Source: Bugula neritina
Lineage: Eukaryota > Animalia > Bryozoa
Reading direction: 5' to 3'
Assembly (NCBI GenBank): GCA_964035545.1
Contig: OZ037766.1
Coordinates: forward strand, 32,044,773 to 32,108,772
DNA length: 64,000 nucleotides
Notes under the pieces: generated by a model
Told to the model about the DNA's origin: nothing
Seen by the model: only the letters and a program-made list of their open reading frames with translations
Databases searched by the model: none
In this document: positions 1 through 15,800 of the stretch, in pieces
Layout: every line of letters begins with the position of its first letter
Numbering within the stretch: position 1 is the stretch's first letter
Translations under genes and position numbers: made by a program

Positions 1-2096
<2,096 letters not shown>

Positions 2097-2570
2097 CATG
2101 ACTGTAGCTGTACCTGTGTGCTCACAGTATGTACCTGTAGCAACACTTGTATGCACACTGTGTGTACCTGTAGCAACACTTGTGTACAAACAATATGCAT
2201 CTTCAGTAACACTTGTGTGCATACACGCAGTCTGTATATTTGTTTTCCAATTTTTCTGTATTGCTGTATCTAAAATATACAAACTTCCAAGGAAAAACAA
2301 CAGCCATTGAATGTTTTTAGAAATTTATTGGCACTATTTCTTGCAGTCTACAATATATGGTTTTGCACAATAATCATGTATTTATCACAGAAATCTCAAT
2401 TCAAATTGTCAAAAATAAATAAAATTCTCTACATTCACTAATTTATAATCAACTGCTGATATGTACAAAAATAAATGCATTTGTCATAAATAAACTTTAT
2501 AATCTAAAAATATAAAGTATTTTTGGGATACAAACTTGCGGAGAATTTAATAATACTACCAGTATCTACA

Positions 2571-5500
2571 TCACATGAATGTCACCATGTTAGATTTCCG
2601 GTCACCAAATTTGGAGGTGCCGTTATTTGAAGTTATCGGCCCAATGTAGTGGGGTGGTGGAGTAGGCGTTCTCATGCTACGCCTTCTATGGCTTTTCTTC
2701 AGTGCATTCTTTTTTATTGACACCACCTGCTCTTTGACGTGTTCCACCACAGTGCTGGTAGCTGGGGCATTCTGCTCTCGGTGTAGCACGTACTGGCAGA
2801 AGCACATTCCCTACAGGTACAGCAACACAATTTATATCTGATAAACTACATACACCAACAGAATATAACAGGTGATCAAGATGAACAAAGTTGCTTGCTG
2901 AAACATCTGTAGAAGGTTGACAACTCCAAACATTTAAGGCTTTTCAATGCATACATTCAACATTCAATCTGTTTGGGATTCAAAAATTTGTATGAAGAGA
3001 CAGCTTCTGTCTATAGTAAAGTTGTGTGTGACTTATTTTTACCCTGTCTGATTTAAAATGAGCATTTATATTTAAATCCTTTCACGTAGCGGCTACAATC
3101 TAACGTGCAAACACTATAGTATAATTAGAGAAATAATGAACATATGATGTTAGGTGGTGTCTATCAAACTAATATATTATGTATTAATATAACTGAAGCT
3201 CAGCCAATCACAGAAGGGTGGATAATAATAAATGATAGTTGAGAAATGAACTAGATATATGTATGACTTTGATCATCTATATTATAATAACATTATATAC
3301 TATATGCAATGTAATCTATTATACATTATATAACTCCCAATGTAATAGTATTATATGCTCTACTAATTATAATAATATATATTATAGGTTACACGCAATA
3401 TAACATATTATGATGTATTATACGCAATATAACATATTATGATGTATTATACGCAATATAACATATTATGATGTATTATACACCATATAATATATACACC
3501 ATATCATATTACATACCTTCTTTCTGTGTTCTTTTTGCTCAACATTTGGCAAGTTCTGGATTGTGAGAGCTTCAAAATAGTCCCATTCAAACTTTTTAGT
3601 CAGCGTGTTTACTTTTCTCTAGAATAAACAAATAATATTGTGAAGTATAATGTATAACACTGTAATCAAAACAGAATGTCTGTAAAGAAACTATTCTAGT
3701 CACCAACTTTGTAAACAAATACTTGTATTTAGTTTGTTTTGTAAATACTGCTTATACACATACATATATATATAACTGTCACATAATGCTGAAAAAACTT
3801 TTACATCAATATTTGGTAGTTTGGTATACTCTACACACAAAACTAAAACGTTTCAACTCACCATTATTTTGTCAAGTTTCACGGTTGCAATGTTTTCATT
3901 CAGAAGTTTTTCATTTTCTTCACCATAATGGCCGTTTGCGGATTTCATGCTGTCATGCACATGGCAATATAGCGTTTGCTACAACACAATAAGACCGCTT
4001 TGTGTGCTTTCTATGGTTCTTAGACTAAGGTAATATTGCTATAGCTAGCTAATAGCCATTGACTTAAACTAATAGCTATAGCTATAGCAATTGTTATAGC
4101 TTTTCTGATATTTTCACAGCTTCAGCTAGATTACTTGATATTCTTAGAGTCTAATTGGCTTTTTACAGCCATTTCAACAGTTAAATTACTATCACTGACG
4201 GACATACATACGTACAAACTACACAAGCCAACAATCTTTAAATACGCTACAAAGCATGAATCGCAATATTACACAATATATATATACAATGAAATACAGG
4301 TGTGTGAACTGCTTAAATTAGAGTAAATGTACATCAAAATAGCTTCTACGTTACGTAATTTATGTCTCAGTTTGACCTAGCTGATATACGAAATTGCAAA
4401 GAGTGTTGTACACTCTCTAAAGAGCAATCAAAGCTGTACACAAAGACTTACTTGGCATTCTTCAAAGTTGTAGTATATAAAGTAGAGCTTCAACTTCCCC
4501 GAGCAGATCCAGAAACCTTTTCTAACATGGAGGACTAAATTAGTCTCTCGGAATCTCTTGTTAAATTCTTCAATTTTAATTCTGTACTTGATATATTTCT
4601 AAAACAATATCAATTGTGCAAGAAAAGGTGACTCAGAATACAATACTGAAGGTCTTATTACTTCAATATTCAAAATCTTAACCAATCCATTATAGGTTCT
4701 TACATACTTGCTACATGTTTGTAGCTATTCACTTGACATCTATTAGTATTAGTCTATAATTGATTACCTAATTTGTTTAGAAATTGCAGACTTTCATAAC
4801 TCTCTTATGTAATATTTTTGACCCTCAGTGGCTGCCCTACACGCTTTGCAATCCTATTCGCTATAGATGCCTGTGTGGGTTTAACTGACAGGGCTGAATA
4901 AAACACTTACATAGTTTACAAGGTGAAGGACAATAGCAAGGAGAATAAGAGCTGTAGCGGCAGGAATAAAGATAATGAATATCATGAAACTCCAGAAGAG
5001 AGAGGAAGCAATGTTGTCACCATCTTCCTTGTAGTGGTGGAGACCTCCAGCCACCAGGAACCACAGGACACAGCTGATGAAACCCACTGTCTGAAATGAC
5101 CAAAAATATGTGTCTGCAATGAAGAGATCAATTGCTTAATACTTGTCCTAAAGTACCCTAAGATGAAGAGATCATGGTATGGCATGGTAGTAGCTAGCAC
5201 ATCCAGAAATAAAGTATCTTTATTTAGAAAATTGTTATAGCATTAAAAATTTACCAAATATATTTATAATTGGACATGATCTAGTAATAAATTGAAGTTG
5301 ATTGAAATTGTAGCAGCTGTTAACTGTATAAATACTTATAATGCAAACTGCTATGTTCTGATTAAGAGGTGTCTGAGAAGGCATTATAAGTAATGAGTTG
5401 CAAAAGGTCATGGGTTATTAGTAATGAGTTGTAAAAGGTCATAGGTTATTTTCCTCTCGTGTCCAACAGCTATTGTCATGTTGAAATTATTCAGCTTGCC

Positions 5501-6832
5501 TAGAGAAATATGTTTGGCTTTTATCTCTCTATCTTTTCTCTTTCCCTGTCCACGTTTAAAATCTTTTGTAAAATTACAGGAGCATTCAATATAAATATTT
5601 TTTCTCTTTGCACTACCCTTTTTTATTTTATTAAAACTTCTTTTTGAAGTTCGTTCTCATATTGATGTGGCATTCAGCAAACTGAATATAATTGATATGA
5701 AATTGGAATATACTGAAATTTTATGGAAATTAATAATATTGATTTAACTGCCTAAAGCTTTATTTGTTTATCGGAGTGTATAGCCTTAAGACAGCAAATA
5801 ACTGATTGGCTAATAATTATCTTTGCTTTTGCCTAGTTGTATCTTGAGTGCACAGAACAGATTTCCCTGAGTTATACAAATGTTGTAGTATGCTTACTGC
5901 TGCCTACATTGCTGCCGACAGCAATCAGTTCCAGCTGCTTAACACTTACAATCAATCAAACAGATGTACACGGTGTTGAATCATGAGCAAACAGCCTTAT
6001 ACTAGCTGACAAGACATTTCATATAATTGCTTCAATATTCTGGCTGCAAAGAATTCTAAAACTGCTACAGATTGTAGACAGATTGTTGAGTAGTTGAAAT
6101 ACTGACACCTATAGTCAGCTTACCAAGAAAGCTGATAGATATAGACAAGGCAGCGAGCAGTCCACTGCTTTCCTGAAGAAGGTCACATTGGCTGCTTCAG
6201 TCAGAGACCTAAGAATCTCTTGAAATTCTCCTTGTGTCACCTGAGTTGGCAGAAAAACAACCAGTTTTGTAGAAATTGAAAGAAGCTACATTCGATTCTA
6301 TAATCAGCAAAATAAAGTGTGTCATGTAATTCAGAAGGTTGATTTCATGAAATGATATTCTTGCTCTGTGGCTAAGACTACAAGAGGTAGGTACAGCAAT
6401 TGAGAAAATGAGAAAGCCTGTGTTCTAGATTAAAAATGTAGCAAAAGAAGTTATGTTCTCGGAAGAATTTCAACCAGTGCCCCAAAATAAAAATCAATAA
6501 TAAAATTAAAGATCGTAGGCTATCACAATTTATCCACTAGCTACTGCTCCTAAGTGACTTATAACTAATAATTTTATGAAGTTGTAGTTATTGGTTCATT
6601 TCAGTCTTCATACAACAGCTTCTAATCAACTGCTTACATAGTACACAGTTTCCTACCTGAAGCCCTCGTTTCATCAGACTTTCTGGAACTTTGTATATAG
6701 GCTCAATTCTTGGGCAGATTATATCAGCTTGTGGGCAGTATGTATCACACAGCCCTAATTCTACATCCTCTGTTTCGAAAGCTGAGTAGTTGCACGCTGT
6801 AACTTTCTTTATAACCGAGCCATTAGCATATA
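2571..6832 (-). other. TMEM268-like membrane domain exons
   Basis: VPESLMKRGLQVTQGEFQEIL, two hydrophobic helices (LYLSAFLTVGFISCVLWFLVAGG; LFWSFMIFIIFIPAATALILLAIVLHLV), then FNKRF..LVLHV...KLKLYFIYYNFEECQ, which resembles the TMEM268 'LxFVYFDxxxC' signature as I recall it. Confidence 0.6.
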
Positions 6833-9800
6833 CTAAACAAATAGGAAAATAAAGTACTTTTTAGTTATTGCATTTAAGTTTGAAATGGAAGATTCCGGCA
6901 AGAAGAAATGGAAGTTTTCAACCAGTTGAGTTGAAGTTGAAGTATTAACTGAATATAGAAAGGAAAAATAGTTAGGGCTAATTAACAATTTTACCTTTTA
7001 TGTACAGTATTGAAAGTTATGAACTATGAAGACATGTATATAAAAGTTGTTGTGCGGCTTTGATCTTTTTTAATAATTATTTACTAAACTCAAGTTATTT
7101 TGAACTATTCTCACTAAACTCTAGTTACAACATAAACTAAAGGCTATTATTACTAATATATGCCTTCTTTCCAAGTATACATAAAGTTTAGAGCAGATTA
7201 ACTAAAGTTATGGCATCTAAACTTAAATTTGAATAGAAGCACAATATATAATTAATCATACTAGAAAACTACACTTACTAGTTGTAACTTCTTTGGCCTC
7301 CTGGGTCTGGTTGTCATCCTTGTTGGTAACTACCGGAGATTCTGCTCCATCCAGAGCTGGTGCTGAAGGTGCTGAGTTGTACCTGTCATGAGATGTTCCA
7401 CCGTGATGTCTCCCGTGAGCTGCGGAATATACCGGAATATGCGTATTATACGGCTAGTGTAGTGTCGTGTAGCGTAGCGTAGTGTAGCGTAGCGTAGTGT
7501 AGTGTAGTGTAGTGTAGTGTAGTGTAGTGTAGTGTAGTATTGCAGTATAGCATGGGCAGTGTGGTGTATATAGTATTGTCGGTAAAGTGCTAAACAAGAG
7601 GCTCATACAATAGATGAGGTTATCTGTGTTATCTGCAAGGAACTAGTTTTCTACAATACCAATACCAATAAAACATAACCGCACACTTTAAACATGCATC
7701 AAATGGTTAGTATAATAATTGATTATATGTAGTATGTCTTTCTGTAGTTGCTGTCAACAGTGAAACTGATATGGAAGAAACATGGAAGAGAGATGGAAAT
7801 AGAGTAAAGAAAAAGAAGAAGAAACTGAAACAACTTGCAGTAGACATAACTTCCCAGAATTGCGTCTGCTGTCAAACATTGTAACAGATGTATCCAGCAT
7901 CTTCACCGTAGAAAATTATTCCAGCTAATTATTTTATTGAGTTTCCGTAACTTTATTACTTGGTTTTTGATTAGCAACTTAAAGGGTTTATTCCTTAAGT
8001 CTGCTGTAATATAATATCTTTATTCCTGCATGCACCAGCTTTTCAATTTTATATAGGATGATATTATATGTTAAGTCAATTATACTTATTGTACTGCAAC
8101 TATGGTGCTTCTCCCTGCACAGTTATAATCAATTGCTGCTCCGCATAATAATTTATTTGCTACCAACGACCATATTGTTATAAAACTACTATACTACCGC
8201 TGTGTTCTTAGGAAATTACTACCGCCATGCTGCAATACCCTGTCTCACCTCCCCCATGATGCATTGGCGCTGGTCCCAAATACCTCTTGTACGGCAGCGC
8301 AGGAGAGTGGAGGTCTGAGAGCTCATTGGCTGCGTGAGTCAGCTCCTGGTCATCTGCAGAGTTTATCTGCAGAAAAGAGACACTTCTCGCTATTCCCAGC
8401 TGTATCAAGAAGCTGTCTTGACTTGTGTCCAGATGCTCACTTTCTGCTGCTGCCGTCATGCCATGACTCATCATGTTGTTTCTCTGGTGATGTCTTCGCT
8501 GCTTTGTTCTTTTCCTCCGTGATGCATTTTTGTTTTTATTCCTTCCCATGATTCAATTTTCATAGAATTTTAAAACTTTTAAAAGCTAAAATTTCTTGGA
8601 AAGCTGAGATTACATTCGAAAGCTATAAATACCAATGCCTGTGCTAGTAGCTCGTGAGTTGCAACTCCGATGACAAAATGTGCCTGATAAATCGATAGCA
8701 CTTTGCTGAATTAAATCCACAAGAACCAGTAAAACTTAATGACTTTTCTCTAGTAGAAACTGAATAAGTTTAAGTTTTTGTCACAATGTACTGGTCTATT
8801 GGTTAGTTGCAATCATACGCAGATACAATGGAACAACTTAGGTGATGTAATGCTAAGTGTTTTTAATTATAAAAACTTTTTATTTTCAAATCATTGACAG
8901 ATTTTCATCAACTGCAAATGTGACATTGAAAGCCAACTGTCTATAGTATTTCTAGAGGTGGCCTATCATTGATTTTTGTATAAGGTGGCATGTTGTTATA
9001 GTGATTTTATGTCATAAGAGGCCCATGGATGAACAAGGATGAACAAGTTGTCTCTATGCAACTTACAAGCAATCTATGCTATTAGAAATTATTCTAGTTT
9101 TTAATTTAAAACAAAAAACAATTTGCTGACTACAAAGTTTAATTTAGTAAGTAGAGTGCTATACTAACATCTAAAACTGGTATACTTTGTGGAAGTTAGA
9201 CATAAACATAGTGTGGAGAGGCAGTGCAGTACATATAGCATATCGTCTGCTACTTGCACACGAAACTAAATGAGGCAAAGAATAATCAATATAAATAGAA
9301 TATTTAGGTGCTGCAACTGCAGGCGATAGTTTCACACCTTGCTCTGCAAGGGATAGTCACTCAGATGCAGGCTTTCTAACCAGCACCTGATTCAAGAGTG
9401 GCTGTCGGTATGTTTTTACTCTCCCTAAATAGGAGCTAGGCGAAATGCATTCCCAATTGAGTGAAATCTTAAACTATTTTCTGTAACTAGCTCTCCCTAA
9501 AGCCCTGGATGAAACCTATTTTTCACAAATGACTCGCAAATTCAACTTGACGTGCAAATTATAGATTTCGCTATAGCTGAAAGCTCAAAATGTTATATTA
9601 TTATTTTAAGAAATTAGTTTTGGAGACATAGGAAGGCTGGTTCAATCTTTCAAAGTAAACTAGAGCTAAAACTGCCTCAAATATTCCTGGCCAGCTGCAA
9701 GTATAGCATTCACAATACACAATACTTTACATAAAATATATTATAGTGCATACAGATTTAAAATATTCTAAATGCTTTTGTTTATTTGCTTTCTTAAACT

Positions 9801-12800
9801 TCAACATCCCAAGATGAATGATAATTATAAATCCACACATGCAGTGGAATGAACTGCAGAACAGAGATAGGTTTAGTGCCTTTTTGTACAGTTGGCTATA
9901 TAATATATATAGTGTATTAGACAGTTTTATACGTCAAAGATGCGAAAGAAGAAACCTTAATGACAGGAGTGGATAAACGTTTTATGTAAGTTTCGTGGTA
10001 AGTTATCAAACAGGTGTTCAGCAACTTGCTTATAGGCAACTACAATATTTATAGTCATGTGATGTGAACATTTTGCTCTAAAAAATAAACAACACACCAT
10101 TTCTGTGCACTGAAATAAAAATAATGGTTAATTTGAACTGGGTGGAATAATTTTCATTCTATTCTCAAGAGATTCAACTGCTTATTGGAATAATTTATAA
10201 AACCAACGGATCTATTAAATACAGCTAATAAATATTGATACAATTACATGTTATATAACACAAATTCCCACATTACTTGATTAAAAAGTACCAACATCAC
10301 TGTTGAATTAGAACTCTCTCTATGGGCAGAGTTTGTTTTGCATATTTATTTAATTGTTTTTTTGAGATTCAGGTTTTTTGTTAGCAGCTGAAAAACATTC
10401 AGAAAACAAGCTGAAAAGATATAATAATATAAATAAATTAACTTCTAGTATAATATCCATAGTAAATTTCATTACAGTATTAAATTAGTAAGCTGTTATA
10501 AAATTTCTTTCAGTCCCACCTTTTCCTTTAAAAATATTTCAGTTGGTCTCCATGAATGCAAAATTCTTAACAAAGTAAAATAAATATATTTCATTGTTTG
10601 GCTTGCGACTGTTAGTTTGTAATAAGTATTCCTAAACTTGTAAACAATATCTTGATGAGAACTGTAAAACATGTGTATAAACACATCACACACCAACTAT
10701 ACAGAATATGTTGACACCTATGACACATTGACACATATAGCATGTGTCACTTGTGACATATCACCACATGTGTGACATTGTGGCACATGTCACACCATGA
10801 AGTAAGGCAAAAAATAGTAGACCAGTTTCTAACTGAAACTGATTACCTGCAGATGGGACGTTACTTTCATCCCCCTCTTCCGCAACGTCAGATGAAAGAC
10901 AGGCTAAAGCACTAACCTTAGCCCCGCCATAGAACCTTTCCATATACATAGCACTGTGCTCAAAAGTATACGTACCTACCCCACCACCCAGCTTAGAGCG
11001 GTGAAGATGTTTCTGTGCGTTGTTCCGCATGATGGCAGAATATTAAAGTGTCGTCTGCTTGTTTTGCTCTTCCTTAGCAATTCTCCAGTCCGACTCTTCT
11101 TATTCCCTGATGATTAGTGTCACTCAACTCAGTATCACCAGCTATTCATAGCTGACAAAATTGCATAATAACTCTCTTGTTATTCTTTTTCCTTTAGGAG
11201 CTAAAGAAACCTGAGACGTCTTTCAACTCTTTTGCAATGCTGTAAAGACGTATGAATTAACGTGGAGGTGAATTCCAGAGAGAGGCTGGCATATGCTCTG
11301 TTTTCTTCTTTATTTATTTTTCAGCTAATGACTTTAATATTGAGATGTTCCTCAAATTCACGCTGTGTTGTAAATTCCACTCTTACGTTCTCTAAGCAGC
11401 TGCAATGTTCGATTCAACTTACATGGAGAGAGTTACTGCAGAGGTTTTCCTTCAAACAAGTCATAAAAGCATTTGATGTGCTCTATTGACACGATTGTTG
11501 TGATTTGATAAATTTTCGATATCCTATTTATCAGACGTTTATTCAACTTCCCTCGTGAAACAGAAACCAACAAGAGAAATGGCTTCGATTGCTAAACACA
11601 CGAGAGCTTTATTGATTTTTCTCAACACTAAAGGAGGGGCAAATACAGATAATTTAGTTTGCACAGTATACGGCTTACCTCACTAGACTGGAAATGTAAT
11701 TAATATTGGTGTGTTTGACAATTAATGTATTGATACAGATAAAGGGCAAATCAATTAGTAGCAATGTAAAAATAGGCGCATTGGGTGTTGATGCTATATT
11801 GTGATATATCAGCTCTGCATTATTACAGTATTTATACCTGTGTTATTGTAGTATTTACACCTGCAGACTACTATTTATCAATGAATAGAACTAATTGCAG
11901 TGAGTGCTACTGACATTTGCTTAAATTAGCTCTTTCGTCAACTTGAATATAGCCTGGGATTTCGTTATACGAGTTGAAGTTTCATTGAATGTTGCAAGTA
12001 AATTGAGCACATCTCTTGCAGCGATAGCCTCTCATAAGTGCATGTAGACATGCATATTTTTTAGTATAAGTTGTACGGTTGATGAAACACTTGCAATAAA
12101 AGTTGCATTATTATAAGTTTCCATGTATCATTCAACCCATGGAAACCGGCAAGTCGCTCTCCTTCCCCATGTATACATGCAACTCTATATGTAGGGTAGT
12201 TTTATGTCTGACATAAGAAAATAATAAAATAAAATATAGATATACATACTTCTTAGCAGTAAAAGGAGTAGCTAGTTACTGGGCATATTTTCAGTTCTAA
12301 ATGATACTGTAACTATACATAACACTCACAACAAATGAAAGCAGCTACCTGGGCTTGTTATTAAGCAACCTCTACACATCCTGCATGTGCTCTGGAGCAG
12401 ACTCTGTCACAGGAATAAATCTGTGACATTATTACTCTGAATGATAAATTGAGTATAGAGCTGAAACTATACAAGTTTCTGTAAGATCTAACAAAATATT
12501 GGTCAACTCGACTACAAGCCGATGGCTCCCAAAAACAGTCTATGACTGCTTTAAAAATTTTCTAACCCAGCTAACTCTAACCTACATGACATTATGAGCT
12601 TTGTGAAAAGATTTACTAACATTTGATCTCTTATATAAATTGTTTTGCTTTTTTTATGCATTTTGATATGAAGATATATTATTTAAAACATTGTGTTTTT
12701 ATTCTTATGTGAATCGGAAGTTTTATATATTATATTGTTTTAAATCAACTCTGAGCTGTTGAATCCATATGCAATCAGCATAGAGCTGAATAGAGTAAAT

Positions 12801-15800
12801 TATTAAAATACTTAATAAATGAGTTTAAAAGGTCAATGCTATGCAATTTTCCATATGCTAAACACATAATTTAGTAAATTCGGAAATGATGACTTAGAAA
12901 TCCAATAGTTCCCATGTGTGCTATTAATAGCTCTAGAGGATAATTCAACTTCACTATTGCATGTGCTTCTAAGAGAAAATAAGGAAACGCTATGCAATAA
13001 ATGCGGCCTCTTACTTTAACATTACAGGACGCAGTAAACTCTGTTGACAAATTATTAGCGTGTCAGCAAATGAGTGAGATATAGATTTTCTATGAAGGTA
13101 TAGATTCTAGCTTGTGATGTATGTTGTAGCAAAGAGAGAGTACTGAACGACACTATCAGCTAGCATAAATTTTATAAAAATAAAAAAAAAGTTATTATTT
13201 TATATTATGGAGCAGTAAGCAATTGACAATGTAGTGCTGGTGATGTTGGAGATGATAGCATGTAGAAATATTAGCCAGTTGTTAGACTAAGAAGTGTGTG
13301 ATGATACAGTAGTTGTTGGCTATGGAGTGTGTGGCTATACAACAGCTGTTAGACTAGGTAAAGTGTGGCAATACAGTAGCTAACCTACTTACTGTATATG
13401 TGGTGCTGAAGCTAAACTTACAGGCAAGGAGAATGTGTGTTAATCTCTCAAAGCAGTCAGCATCTGTTAGACTGAGAATCTTGTTGTATCTCTGTAGAGA
13501 TGCGGGTAGCTCAATATCCGGCCCAACTAGTAGTATAACCTTTTGCCTTCTTTCTTCCTAAATACAACAGTTGCTAGGATATAGTATAATATTTCTCTTT
13601 GTATGTAACATTTGCAATATCTGCTTTAATTCTTTCAAAACAAAACTAATGAATGAATCAGCTGTTGGGAGTTATCACCTCTGGCATGACGTGCTGTACT
13701 GCACTCTCGTAGTTGGCGTAGTCACTCTCCATGAACTCCTGTGTACAGTGTAACACCGTCCTCCTACTCAACCCCATGGCTAACATCAGATTCTGCGTGG
13801 CATTCAGATCTGTCTTGAAGTCTTTCTCAGATGTCAGAACTTTCAGGTCATTTGGACTAGACAACCATATGGTGTATATAGAATATCAAATTATATATAT
13901 AATATATTATATTATAGAATAGTATATTATATAATATATTATACTATAGAATAGTATATTATATATTATATAATATGCTATTCTATAATATAATATATTA
14001 TATAATATATTATATAATAGTATAATATATTATATAATATTACTACTACACAACGATATGGTGTATCTACAGAATATTATGTTGATAGCAAACATGCACA
14101 CAAGTATGTTGTATCAAATTCACTGTTTCATGCAATATTAGATATGATAAACATGAAACCTTTTCACACGAAAGAGTTGATCAAAGTCTTGATATATTTT
14201 AACATAAAATGTAACAAGTTACTGCTGTTGAATGGTAAGGAAACACAAACAATAGTAGAACTATGTAAGGTTAGAAGAGGTCACTTCAGTTAGTTATGGC
14301 TTGCATTCAACTCCTATATATTAGATATATTTCTCTAGCTTTCTTGAAATATTCATCAGCTTTAGTTGTAAGCTTTATCTAACTTCTTCTGTATTTGCAT
14401 AACGAAAAACCCTGCACCATAAGCTGGATTTACAAAAGTTACACTGAAAACTAGAAGTTATAAAGATAATGCATTAGTGACCTTAAGAGAACACAACTCT
14501 GAAATTGATTGTTGCAACAGATGAATGAAATCCAGCTTACTCTTCATGTAGCTAATCACCAACATAGAACTACATTTCATATTCTAATATTTGACGAAGC
14601 CGCCACATTGCCATCATGGCATGAGAATTTTGAATTTTAAACAAAAAACTTGCAATTTGATCAGGTGGTATGGCTGAATGCTATTATGGCGCAGCAGTTT
14701 TCTAAATTTATCAGCTGACTAGCTAATCATTTCCTGTCGTGAATATTTTGTCCAATCACAGCTTGTATTTTATATCAGTTAATGTTATTACCCAATCACA
14801 AGCTGTGTTCTATATCAGCTAATATGATTATCCAATCACAGACTGTATTCTTTATCAGCTAATATTGTCCAATCACAAGCTGTATTCTACATCAGCTAAT
14901 ATTATCCAATCACAGACAGTATTATATATCAGGTAATATTATTTCTCCAAGCCAAACAGCTTATCTACTAATTATTGTATTATGTAATACTTAATTAGTT
15001 GTTAAGGAAGACACAATCAAGTCTTGCAGTCAAACTAATTATAGTAATTATTGCCTGCAGGACTATTTTACTAGACCATGCCATGCAACTATTCCCAGCA
15101 TGCAGTTTAAGCTGGAGAAACCAATTTGTCCTTGGGGTATTCAATCAAACAATAGCAGTAATCAACACGTACTTATAGCCATGCAGAAGCCGAACTTTTT
15201 ATACACCCAGAGCAGAATACTGTATTACTGTGTAGAAAGTGCCATTCAAGGTGTCATTGACAAGTGGAAAACAGTTTTGCAAAAGGTTTTTTTGACATTT
15301 CGATGCATTAGAATTGTATAAAGTTTTGATGAAAGTGGACTACTGGTCCACTAGACAAAACTTACAAACTTACTTTCTATGTGATGCAATCATAATAATG
15401 CTCTATACAACCAACCCTTAGGTCAACGAAAAGCATCAGTACTTGAAATGTAATGAGCACACTAGAACTTAAATTAATTTTATCAAAGGTAAGAAAATCA
15501 TGACTGAAAGGGGTATGTTTTGGAAATCTACAAAATCATAAAGCTTGGAGGACCAAACACACTGAGCAAGATTGATGTGCCTGTCGCATAAACTTTAGAT
15601 CAAGCTAACAACTCTTGCAAGAGTTTTTTCTACGAAATATTTTACTTGTGGTGCTGCATTTTCTATTGAATAAACCAGTGTTTAGTCTTCAAACCGAATT
15701 AAAACTTCCACTGACTATACTGCAGTTCAAATGAAACTAATGGTTAAAATTATCTCTCTATGATTAACCAAGTGTGACACGTGTTGAAAGATTGACTAAA

